Of a DNA stretch of 64,000 bases, positions 24,471-36,014 are shown in pieces (position 1 is the stretch's first letter; each line of letters starts with the position of its first letter). The notes under the pieces are model-generated. The model was not told where the DNA came from, did no database searches, and saw nothing but the letters and a program-made list of their open reading frames with translations. The stretch comes from Octopus bimaculoides (lineage: Eukaryota). Location: contig NC_068987.1 in NCBI RefSeq assembly GCF_001194135.2, positions 55,049,456 through 55,113,455 on the forward strand. Reading direction: 5' to 3'. The translations under genes were made by a program, and so were the position numbers.

Positions 24471-25842
24471 TAGTATCTTAAGTAAGCCAAGAGCAGGAGC
24501 TAGGATTAAACATCTATTACAGGCATACCACAACTTATGTTGGTAATTGATTCCAAAACATCTGAATTAACTCAAAAAAATTTAAATAATGTGAGAAAAC
24601 ATTTAAAAACATTTATTAGCTTATATCTGTTTTGAGACATGAAATACTTGTCACTGATAAGAACAACTTTGTGTATATGTGTACATACACACGCGCACAC
24701 ATATTGTGTGTGTGTATCTATAATATAGTGTGTGGTGCTAATGCCATGTAAAAAGCACCCTGTACACTCTGTAAAGTGGTTGGTATTATGAAGGGCATCC
24801 AGCTGTAGAAATTGTGCCAGAACAAATAATGAAGCCTGGTGCAGCTCCTGGTTTTACCAGTTCCTATCAAGCCGTCCTACCCATACCAGCATGGAAAACA
24901 ATCATTAAATGATGATGATGATGATGTTGTTTGTACATATTTTCACATGCATTTTATTTAATTTTCCACTGCAGTATTGATTTTTAGGTGTTTATATTAT
25001 TTTTTTTTTTAAGTTTTATGTTTTTAAATATGTTTTCTGAGACTGACAATAAATCAAATAAATTGACTGAAGTTGAAGTTTACCTTTTCCATTAATTTCT
25101 TAAAAAGAAAAAGAATAACAAACAAACAAGACTGTACAAGCTGTAAAAGATGTAACATGAAACAACTTAAGTTGAGGTATGCCTGTATATGCCCATGAAT
25201 GAAAAGACAAAAAAATAAACTCTTCTTGATTACTCTTGGATACATCCATGAATGATGTCATAGTTTTCATACACAAATATATGTAATGTGTGTGTGTGTG
25301 TTAGAGATGATTGAATGTGTATGCAATGACATATTACTTCTTTGCTGCCATCCACCAAACAAAATGTTACTAAGTTACTGAGTGAGAATAATGTGATGTC
25401 CTAAACTAAAATTTGGACAAGGGGCTGAGGGGAAAGAATATGCTGAAAATAAACGAGGTGTATAAAGGCTGTATACTAAAATTGTACTTATTTCACTTAA
25501 TCAAGCTAAAATCATAAACATTGTTTTTAACACCCCCTAACCCCCTCCCCTCTAATCACACTTCTATTAACTTTGATTTCTACACCAAACACAGCACTAC
25601 TCTGAATTATTCAACAGATCACACTTAAAATTCATCTGTAATTTTGTGCACTTGTTGACCGTTTGTTTATGTTTGTGTGTGTGGGAATGTAACTCTGTTT
25701 TGAATACTTATATGTAGTTGGTGGCTGTACAAGTTTCACTACATTTCTAGTGCATAAATTTTCATCTATGAATACATCATCACCACATGCAACACATTAT
25801 AAGAAGCGTGTGTGTGTATGTATGTGTATATATATATATATA

Positions 25843-26110
25843 AAGTTGACCAGTAAAGTAGACATTTAATATGCTAGAAATAGACCACATGTTGTGTCTA
25901 CTAAGACCTAGTAGTTCTCAAAAGAAATTCAGCGAAATACCAAACCGTAAGCGAGCAAGACATTGAAAATTACATACATAAAATTAAAAAGTTATTCGCG
26001 GACCAAAGTTTCGGAGTTAAAAATCTCTTACCGAGAAAATCTGCTCCATCTTCAGCGCGAACTGCTAGTCATAATTCTCAGAATCTTACACAAGTTGTTC
26101 ACCGCTAGAT
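25843..26110 (-). mobile_element. About 270 bp non-autonomous hammerhead-bearing element (Penelope pLTR-like) inserted in (TA)n
   Basis: Bounded by TA runs on both sides, CpG-richer than the flanks, and contains the hammerhead. The Penelope assignment is inferred from the known PLE-hammerhead association. Confidence 0.55.
25995..26061 (-). ncRNA. Minimal type I hammerhead ribozyme with complete catalytic core
   Basis: Minus strand reads TTCGCG-CTGAAGA-T-GGAG(27 nt)CTCC-GAAA-C-TTTG-GTC-CGCGAA. Stem I is 6 bp perfect, stem II closes with 4 bp, stem III is 2 bp, and the triplet is GUC. Predicted cleavage is between 26001 and 26000. Confidence 0.8.
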
Positions 26111-26584
26111 ATGTATATATATATATCTCTGTTAAACAATGATTATATATGTGTGTGTTGATTCTCAAGCTCATGGTCTTTGGTTCAGTTCTACAGCTTG
26201 TCACCTTGGGCAAACAAACCTGGGTCAAACAAAGCCTTCTGAGTGGATTTGGTTGATGGAAACATAAAGAAGCTTGTGTGTCTGCATGCATATTTGTGTT
26301 TCCTTGTCATGACATTGCTTGTTAGCTGTAAATGAGCATCACCATCAAATAAGTGGTGCCCTTTATTTCCAATTTTCCTGGAAAACTTGTCTGGCAAAGG
26401 AAAAATGTCACCTTATTTAGGAACAGGTGTGGGTTGATGTCAAGAAGGGCATCTGGCCATAGAAATTTTGCCTCAACATGCTTTGCTCAACCCATGTGAG
26501 CATGAAAAAGTGAACATCAAAATGATGATGATCACACATTTCACCATACTTAAAAGTTATGCTCATTTTTCATATAAATTGTTG

Positions 26585-26950
26585 ACATCAGGCATGGCTG
26601 TGTGATAAGAAATTTGCCTACCAACCACATGGTTTCAGGTTCAGCTGCACTGCATGGCACCTTGGGTAAGTGTCTTCTACTACAACCTCAGGTTGACCAA
26701 AGTCTTGTGAGTGGGATTTGGTAGATGGAAACTGAAAGAAGCCCATCATGTGTGTGTTTGTCCTTCACTGCTTGACAACTGGTGTTGGTGTATTTACATC
26801 CCCATAACTTAACAAAAGGTGAATGATAGAAATAAGTACCAGGCTTAAAATAAATATAAAGAGTGGAGTCGATTTGTTCAACTAAAATTCTTCACGGTGG
26901 TGCCCAGCATGACCACAGGCTCATGACTGCAACAAGTAAAAGATGAAAGA
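26585..26950 (+). mobile_element. SINE family A
   Basis: Head, CORE-like motif and tail are all present. Confidence 0.8.
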
Positions 26951-27659
26951 ACATCATAAGAATTTAGAAACTTTGAGAGAACATGACATCTTTTTTGGAA
27001 CTATGAAATTCAAAGCAGATAAAGCTGCAAATAACAGAATATTATAAATATTGGATTTAAAAACCTTTGAATTTTTCTATCCAAAAGCAGCAATTTTTTT
27101 TAACACCATATTTACATTGTATTATTTGTCGTTTTATCTGCTTCAAGCTTCACCATTCCAAAGCAAAAAAAAAAAAAAATACGTATGTGTGAACTTCATT
27201 ATAGTTGCTAAAATATGTGAAGTACAATAGATTACTACTGCATCCATGTCTCCCCTGGGATGCACTGTCAACTGTTGCTGGAGCTGTATTGTTAAAAAGC
27301 AGTGCATGTTCTGTGTGTGATTATTGTTCAGAAAGATTGAAAAAAACACTATATGAGAACATATAAAAGAAAGGAAGAAAAAAAGCTGTTTGATAAATTT
27401 ATCTTTCACAGTCTTTCTCACCTCCACTTTTCTGTCTTTATTCATCTCTGTCTCCTCTCCACTTTCTCACTTTTGCTGCCTCTCTCTTACACTTTCTTTA
27501 TTCACCCTCCCCCTTTCTCTCTCACTCACCTTCTGTCTCTCTCCCATCACTTCCTCTCTGTCTTTTTCCTTCCCATTTCTTGTCTTTTACCATCTTTCTT
27601 AGAATATATGCCTATGTAAGCATCATATTCGAATATAGCCATGTGTTATTGTCATAGAA

Positions 27660-27947
27660 GTGGAGGCGCAATGGCCCAGTGGTTAGGGCAGCGGACTCGC
27701 GGTCGTAGGATCGCGGTTTCGATTCCCAGACCGGGCGTTGTGAGTGTTTATTGAGCGAAAACACCTAAAGCTTCACGAAGCTCCGGCAGGGGATGGTGGT
27801 GAACCCTGCTGTACTCTTTCACCACAACTTTCTCTCATTCTTACTTCCTGTTTCTGTTGTACCTGTAATTCAAAGGGTCAGCCTTGTCACACTGTGTCAC
27901 GCTGAATATCCCCGAGAACTACGTTAAGGGTGCACGTGTCTGTGGAG
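27660..27947 (+). mobile_element. SINE family C, young, cut by a gap
   Basis: Near-identical to the 50101 copy and CpG-rich. Confidence 0.85.
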
Positions 27948-29104
27948 NNNNNNNNNNNNNNNNNNNNNNNNNNNNNNNNNNNNNNNNNNNNNNNNNNNNN
28001 NNNNNNNNNNNNNNNNNNNNNNNNNNNNNNNNNNNNNNNNNNNNNNNNNNNNNNNNNNNNNNNNNNNNNNNNNNNNNNNNNNNNNNNNNNNNNNNNNNNN
28101 NNNNNNNNNNNNNNNNNNNNNNNNNNNNNNNNNNNNNNNNNNNNNNNNNNNNNNNNNNNNNNNNNNNNNNNNNNNNNNNNNNNNNNNNNNNNNNNNNNNN
28201 NNNNNNNNNNNNNNNNNNNNNNNNNNNNNNNNNNNNNNNNNNNNNNNNNNNNNNNNNNNNNNNNNNNNNNNNNNNNNNNNNNNNNNNNNNNNNNNNNNNN
28301 NNNNNNNNNNNNNNNNNNNNNNNNNNNNNNNNNNNNNNNNNNNNNNNNNNNNNNNNNNNNNNNNNNNNNNNNNNNNNNNNNNNNNNNNNNNNNNNNNNNN
28401 NNNNNNNNNNNNNNNNNNNNNNNNNNNNNNNNNNNNNNNNNNNNNNNNNNNNNNNNNNNNNNNNNNNNNNNNNNNNNNNNNNNNNNNNNNNNNNNNNNNN
28501 NNNNNNNNNNNNNNNNNNNNNNNNNNNNNNNNNNNNNNNNNNNNNNNNNNNNNNNNNNNNNNNNNNNNNNNNNNNNNNNNNNNNNNNNNNNNNNNNNNNN
28601 NNNNNNNNNNNNNNNNNNNNNNNNNNNNNNNNNNNNNNNNNNNNNNNNNNNNNNNNNNNNNNNNNNNNNNNNNNNNNNNNNNNNNNNNNNNNNNNNNNNN
28701 NNNNNNNNNNNNNNNNNNNNNNNNNNNNNNNNNNNNNNNNNNNNNNNNNNNNNNNNNNNNNNNNNNNNNNNNNNNNNNNNNNNNNNNNNNNNNNNNNNNN
28801 NNNNNNNNNNNNNNNNNNNNNNNNNNNNNNNNNNNNNNNNNNNNNNNNNNNNNNNNNNNNNNNNNNNNNNNNNNNNNNNTATATATATATATATATATGC
28901 ACTTCTTAGTATATTTAAGTTTTATTTCTGTTAGATCTAGAAGAAAAATTTTCAACTTTGTATTTATATATTATATATATTATATTTTATCTTACACTTT
29001 TTGCAATTCCTTAATTATATCTTTTGATTAGGTCTTTTCTTAGTTAATGGGATGGGCAGAACTGAAAGTTCTTGGTCTGTATTATTATTTTTATTGTTAT
29101 TATT

Positions 29105-29765
29105 CAGGCGGTGAGCTAGCTGACTCATTAGCATGCTGGGCGAAATGCTCAAGAGGTGTTTTGTCCATCACACATTCTGAGTCAAAATTCTGCTGAGGTT
29201 GACTTTGCCTTTCATCCTTTCAGGGTCAATAGAATAAGTACCAGTTGAGCACTGGGGTCAGTGTAATCAGCTTAGACNNNNNNNNNNACTGGGGTCAGTG
29301 TAATCAGCTTAGACCCCCCCCCCTGAACATGCTGGCCTTGTGCCAGGATTTGCAATTATTATTATCATTATTATTATTAAGGCAGTGAGCTGGTAGAATG
29401 CCAGGCAAAATGTCTACCACCATTTCGTCTGTCTTTATGTTTGAGTTCAAATTCCGTCAAGCTCAATTTTGTCATTCATCCTTTTAGGGTCGATAGATTA
29501 AGTACCAGTTGAACACTGAGGTTGATGTAATCGACTTACTCCCACCTAGGAAATGGTGGCCTTGTGCCAAAATTTGAAACCAGTATTGCTGTAGACGTTA
29601 ATTTTTAAGGCAGAATAGTTAGCATATCAGGTAAAATGCTTAGCGCCATTTCATCCGTCCTTATATTCTAAGTTCAAAATCAGCCATGGTCAACTTTGCC
29701 TTTCATCCTTTTAGGATTGATGAAATAAGTACCAGTTGAACACTGGGGTCAATATAATCAACTGA
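29105..29765 (+). mobile_element. Tandem array of three SINE family D copies
   Basis: Units start at about 29105, 29379 and 29606, with an (ATT)n spacer. Confidence 0.8.
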
Positions 29766-31836
29766 AGTCATGCACCTTCACTCTCTGAACTGTAGAGAAA
29801 AGGAATAGAGAAAGCGATAGAGAAAGGAAAGCATCAGTCATTTACAATGACAATTAGACTGGGATCTAGTTTTTTTTTCATTCGTAAAATATGCATTTTT
29901 TTAAAAGGCAATCAAAAATCTGAATCAATTATAATAATGTAGCCTTCCAGTCTCATTGCTTTGAAAGTATGATGTTGAGGAGAAATAAAATTGGAGAAAA
30001 ATGTTACAGAGGTTTAAAAATCAAAGAAAACCATATATTTTTAGCCAATAGCGAGACAGAAATTTTCTGCATTGAGCAGAGCGGTGTCAACTTTTAAGAT
30101 TGTACCTTGTGAAATTTAGAGTTTAGCATCTGACCTGTTCATTGTAGGTTTCTAAATAAACAGAAATACCTAATATAATCAACATGTTTCATTGATTATA
30201 TTGTTTTTTTTTAAATTTGTAATATTAATATATTTGTCTGCTTGTGTTTACTTTATGCATATTTCAGTATTACGATTACCTGTCATGTATTAGTGTACAT
30301 CATTAATATATGTGTGTGTGTGTGTGTGTGAAAAGGTGAGGCGTCTGTCTCAAAAACTTCACAGTTGAGTAAAGTTTTCATGCTTGGATTTGTAAACTAC
30401 GATAAGAATAACACTGGTTAACAAAGAATTTCTCTGAAGAAAACGTATACCTGTATCTTATGTTTTTGTGAAATGTTCTTAATTAGCAATGCACCTTCTG
30501 CTATTAATGCTGAATTACTGATTATATTTACAGTAATTAATGCTGGGAGAAATCACCTTAATTTGCAATAAAAATACTTTTAAAAAATGAAGGTAAGCAG
30601 CACTAATAACAGTGAACCACAGCGCAGCATGTGTTTGTCATGGTAACAAGCTGCTAATGCTACGCTGTCTGTTGATTGGCTAAAGTTATCCAAATTTCCT
30701 AACTTTAATGCCAAATAACATCAGATTCTTTAATTTACGAGATAAAGTAACTGGTGATTGCAATCAAAATTCAGAGTTGCATCGATACAACAAAATTGAA
30801 AATGATCTGAACAAAATTAAGGGGGACTCATTTTGCGAACGAGAAAGACCAGATCCTTAAACTGAAATACGATCAATCTTTTCTAGCTTCTTTACTTTTA
30901 ACAGTGAAGAGGGAAAACATTTGGTAATGAATAGAAGGAAAGTCTTTCAGGTATTTGCCTTCTTATTCTGGTAGTTCTAGAACAGTCGAGTGTTAGTTCT
31001 CTCCTCTTCCCCCCTCCCCCTGATACTTATTTTGCCTTCTTTCATAGTTCATTTAGTTGGTGGGGAAAGGCCATATTTTCTTCAGGCACATTTAACGTTT
31101 TCTCTGCAAACTACAAACAAGCCTCTCTCCCTTTTTATTTTTTCATACAAAAACTAATGTAAATTTCGAACGGGGTATAGCTGTGAAAAGAGTCCATAGA
31201 AATGGATAACACCCCATACAAAATGGGTGGAGGAGAAAAGTTGCCAACAGGTGGCTACACGAAATTCAACTGTATACTTTAAAGAGTGTCTTCTACTATA
31301 ACCTTGGGCCGACCAAAGCCATATGAGTGAATTTGGTTGGCAGAAACTGAAAGAAACCTGTCATATATATGCATATACTTATGTGTTTGTGTCTGTGTTT
31401 GTCCCCTCACCACCATTGTTTGACAGCTGATGGTGTGTTTGCGTCACCATAACTTAGCTGTTCGGCAGAAGAGACATAGAATATGCACCAGGCTTACAGG
31501 GAATAAGTCTAGGGGTCTATTTCTTCAACTAAAGGGCGATGCTCCAGCATAGCCACCATCATATGACTGAAACTGATAAAAGAATAACAGAACATTCCGT
31601 ACCACTAAACCAAGAAGGTTCTTTGAATATGTACGATGTATTTTAAGTCTAAAAAGTAATTCTGTTTACGTTTGCATAACTCAGATATTTTGGTTGGATT
31701 ATAGAGTTATCAGTTTTTACACTTCTTTCTATATTCTGTAACTGTCACAATATAGAAACATTTCTCATGGCACCAGCACGCAATTTGCAATTTGTTTTCT
31801 GTGAATTTTTCACAGGCCCAGCTAGTTATTATTATT

Positions 31837-32057
31837 GAGGCAGTGCGCTGGCAGAATCGTTAGCATACCAAGCAAAATGCTTTGCAGCGTTTTGCCAGTC
31901 TTTACATTCTGAGTTCAAATTCCACAAAAGTCAACTTTGCCTTTCATCCTTCCAAGGTTAATAAAATTAGTACCAGATGAGCACTAGAGTTAGTTGATGT
32001 AATCGACTTAACCACCAATCTTCCTGAGCTTGCTGGCCTTGTGCTAAGATTTGAAAC

Positions 32058-32090
<33 letters not shown>

Positions 32091-32283
32091 CTAAAGTGAC
32101 AACTGGCAGAATTGTTATCACGTCAGGCAAAATTCTTAGCAGCGTTTCATCCATCCTTACATTCTGAGTCCAAAATTTCACCCAGGTCATCTTAGCTTTT
32201 CATCCTTTTGGGGTTGATGTAATCATCTAGCCCCTGTCTTCAAATTTCAGGCCATGTGCCTATCATAAAAAGAATTATCTAAG
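31837..32283 (+). mobile_element. Two tandem SINE family D copies
   Basis: An (ATT)n run lies before and between the copies. Confidence 0.75.
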
Positions 32284-32285
32284 GC

Positions 32286-32640
32286 AATCATCATCATCAT
32301 TATCATCGTTTAACGTCCGCTTTCCATGCTAGCATGGGTTGGACGATTTGACTGAGGACTGGTGAAACCAGATGGCTACACCAGGCTCCGATCTGATTTA
32401 GCAGAGTTTCTACAGCTGGATGCCCTTCCTAACGCCAACCACTCTGAGAGTGTAGTAGGCGCTTTTACGTGTCACCCGCACGAAGGCCAGTCAGGCGGTA
32501 CTGGCAACGGCCACGCTCAAAATGGTGTATTTTATGTGCCACCCGTACAAGAGCCAGTCCAGGGGCACTGGCAACGATCTCGCTCGAAAGTCCTTACACA
32601 TGCCACGGGCACAAGTGCCAGAAAGGCGACGCTGGGCACC
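32286..32640 (-). mobile_element. Young RTE 3'-UTR copy with internal ~63 bp tandem units
   Basis: CpG-rich and near-identical to the 40991 and 58945 copies; it carries a (CAT)n tail. Confidence 0.75.
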
Positions 32641-33097
32641 AGCAATGCGCTGGCAAAATCATCACAGCACCAGACAAAATACTTACTGGCATTTCATCTA
32701 TGTGTTTCAAGTTCAAATTCTGCCAATCATCTTTTCAGGGTCAGTGAAATAAATGCCAGCATTATTCCATGCTACTTCTAAAAGAAGTTATAATTTTGAT
32801 TCATTTTTTTTTTTGTTTACCTGCACACACACAGGCACACACACGCACGCACGCAATCACTCCTTACTGTCATGAAAGCAGTAGAGACAGTGCACTCGCA
32901 TTATGTAATGTAGTTTTAGATATGCAAAGGATGGAGCATGTGTACGGAGATCAAATATTGTGAATCACTGCTGACATGATAGCAGCAATAACTTCAACAT
33001 AGAAAAAAAAGATTTTAATGCTGTGTGTGTGTCTGTCTATCTATTTATCTCCCTCCCTCACTCCCTCTCATGCCACTATCTCTCTCACTCCACCCTT

Positions 33098-33223
33098 CCT
33101 CTCACAATTTTCTCTCCCTCTCTCACACTTTCCCCTCCCTCTCTCACAATTTCCCCTCCCTCTCTCACAATTTCCTCTCCCTCTCTCACAATTTCCTCTC
33201 CCTCTCTCATACTTTTCTCTACC
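33098..33223 (+). repeat. 21 bp pyrimidine-rich minisatellite x6
   Basis: Unit tctctcacaatttcc(c/t)ctccc. Confidence 0.9.
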
Positions 33224-33986
33224 TCTCACTCTTTTCTCTCCCTCTCCTCATTCTTCCCCCTCCCTCTCTTTTCACAGTGTCTTTAGACATATCAATGTAA
33301 GTTATAGCATTTATGACCCTTTAATCAGGAGGGAGGGATGATACTCAGGGCTTATGATACTGGTGGGAGACCTTTCCTAAATGCTTGCAGTAGAATGAAC
33401 TCTCCTAAAATCACCTGATGTTTATATTGAGTGTGGCTGTTTTCTTCCTAACCACATGGTTCCAGATTCAGTCTCACTGTGTGGCATTTTGGGTTAGTGT
33501 CTTCTTTTAAAACTTAACAGTAACCAAAGCCTTTTGGGTGGATTTGATTTAATTGACAGAAACTGAAAGATATATGCGTGCGTGTTTTTGCATCTTCTTT
33601 TCTTGACATAGTGTGAAAATTGTAAATGAGTGTTGCTCTCATACAATTGAGGTCATTCATTTCCAATATTCCGTTAAAGCATATCTAGCCATGGTGAAAT
33701 ATTTATTTCGCTTGGAAACAAGTGAGGGTTGGCAACAGAAAAGATATCCAGCCATTGAAAACCTGCTTCAGTAAACTCCATCCAGCTCATACAGGCATAG
33801 AAAAATGGATGGTAAAACTCTGTGTGTTTGTGAAGCATTCTAACTGGCTATTAGAGGGATGTGAGTTCGATTCTCATGGCTGGCTGCCGACAAATTTTTC
33901 TGCTTTTAAAAAGAAAAATGGATTTTATCCTTTATATCTATACTGTTCAGTATCTATGCGTTGAATAAAATTTATCTTTCTACTTG

Positions 33987-34019
<33 letters not shown>

Positions 34020-34882
34020 NNNNNNNNNNNNNNNNNNNNNNNNNNNNNNNNNNNNNNNNNNNNNNNNNNNNNNNNNNNNNNNNNNNNNNNNNNNNNNNNN
34101 NNNNNNNNNNNNNNNNNNNNNNNNNNNNNNNNNNNNNNNNNNNNNNNNNNNNNNNNNNNNNNNNNNNNNNNNNNNNNNNNNNNNNNNNNNNNNNNNNNNN
34201 NNNNNNNNNNNNNNNNNNNNNNNNNNNNNNNNNNNNNNNNNNNNNNNNNNNNNNNNNNNNNNNNNNNNNNNNNNNNNNNNNNNNNNNNNNNNNNNNNNNN
34301 NNNNNNNNNNNNNNNNNNNNNNNNNNNNNNNNNNNNNNNNNNNNNNNNNNNNNNNNNNNNNNNNNNNNNNNNNNNNNNNNNNNNNNNNNNNNNNNNNNNN
34401 NNNNNNNNNNNNNNNNNNNNNNNNNNNNNNNNNNNNNNNNNNNNNNNNNNNNNNNNNNNNTATTCTTTGCATTATTTACAAAAAAGTATTATTTATATTA
34501 TACTCTCTTAATCAATGCATCTCCTTTTAAAATTTTTAAAAATCTTTCTGATCAGTTGTGGTTTGAAAAACATTTCTCTTTATTCATCTTTATCAAACTT
34601 TAAGGCTTCACTGTCTTATCTTTTTTTTTTTTATATTTTATTTTTATACCTTCACTAATGCCCTTGAGATCATATGAATGTCACACAATCTCATTTGAAT
34701 CCTTTGTAATACAATTCCAAGATATTTGGCCTAAGCTTGTGATTTATTTTAAGAACATTGAAATTCTTTAATGCATTTAGTTTAGTAAATTCAATTTTCT
34801 TCCCTTGATTCTGAGTTCAGATCCTGCAAGGATCAATTTTACTGAATGGAGAAGATAAAAAAAATGATGTAGCAAAACACTG

Positions 34883-35312
34883 ACATGGCTGTGTGGTTTA
34901 AAAGTTTGCTTCCCAATCACATGGTTTCAAGTTCAATCCCACTGCATGGCACCTTGAGCAAGTTTATTTATTTTTGTTTTTGTTTTACTGCTTTAGCTCC
35001 TGGTCAACCAGAGCTTTGTAAGTGGATTTGGTAGATGGAAACTGAAAGAGGTCAGTCATGTATCTGTGTGTGCATGTGCACATCATTGCTTAGATACTGT
35101 GTAACAGTTTTAAATGAGTGCTGCCTTTGTGCAGATGGTGTCATTCATTTTCAGTTTTCTTTGGAAAAATATCAGGCCATGGAGAACTGTTACCTTGCCT
35201 GGAAACAGGTGAGCTTTGATGACAAGGAGAATATCTGGCCGTAGAAAATTTGCCTCAACGAATTCCATTTAACTCATGTAAGACTGGATGAGTAATTATT
35301 AAAATGATGATG
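34883..35312 (+). mobile_element. Chimeric SINE: family A head plus RTE-type tail ('A/F')
   Basis: The head and CORE match family A, but after the (TG)n linker it continues into the gg...catct(g)gccgtagaaaa...(tga)n tail. The same layout occurs at 5560-5915, 11306-11735, 26150-26532 and 33430-33790. Confidence 0.7.
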
Positions 35313-35963
35313 TCCTGGCTCTAACCAGTTCTTAGCGAATTATCCTTAAAATCAATGTATTCAACAAGTTGAAATGGGTGGTTTATTGAATTGTTTAAGA
35401 ATACAGGGTGTGACAAAAAAAAAAAAAAAAAAAAAAACTTGGCTTACCATTCTTGATAAACATTTCAAGTTAAACAGCAGGGGCATACAAGATGCACTAG
35501 ACTTAAACCTTGATGGAAACTTAAAAAAAAAAAAAAACCCAAATAAGTAAAATATTCAACTTCACAACTCCATTATTAGCTGCATGTCTTCAAAAGCAAT
35601 GCAATAATACCCATTTAAATTATAAAAGGTTTTCCTACTGCACCCAATGATTAGGTTTAGATCAAATCACACTGGTTTGAATTTTGTTGCTTTTCATTGT
35701 CATTAGGTAACTGGCAGAAACATTAGCACTTCAGACAAAATGCTTAGCAGCATTTCTTCCAGCCCTTAATATTCCAAGTTCCAATCCCATCAAGGCCAAC
35801 TTTGGCTTTCATCCTTATGGGGTTGATAAAATAAGTACCACTCAAGAACTTGGGTCAGTATAATAAACTAGTTCCCTCCCTCAGCATCTCAGGTCCTGTG
35901 CTGATAGTAGAAATTATTATGTGGATTGATATACTGGGATGCATTCAAGTATGTGTGTGTGTG

Positions 35964-36014
<51 letters not shown>

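Noticed and set aside
27660-27735. tRNA-like sequence (also 50101 and 16635)
   Set aside because: It is a SINE head with A/B boxes but no complete cloverleaf, and it continues into the SINE body with a TSD.
27765-27815. HDV/CPEB3-like look of gctccacg...ggcgaaccctgctg in SINE C
   Set aside because: The helix order is wrong: GCAGGG pairs locally with CCCTGC, and no P1/P3 nested pseudoknot can be drawn.
29250-29315. Exact duplication around a 10-N gap (also about 59465-59500)
   Set aside because: Typical contig-overlap artefact of scaffolding.
32350-32375. CTGAGGA-ctggt-GAAAC in RTE tails
   Set aside because: Only 5 nt separate the core halves, so no stem II can form, and there is no GUH or stem I.
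33018-33341. ORFs with LPLSQFP repeats
   Set aside because: By-product of the 21 bp minisatellite, with no splice or homology support.
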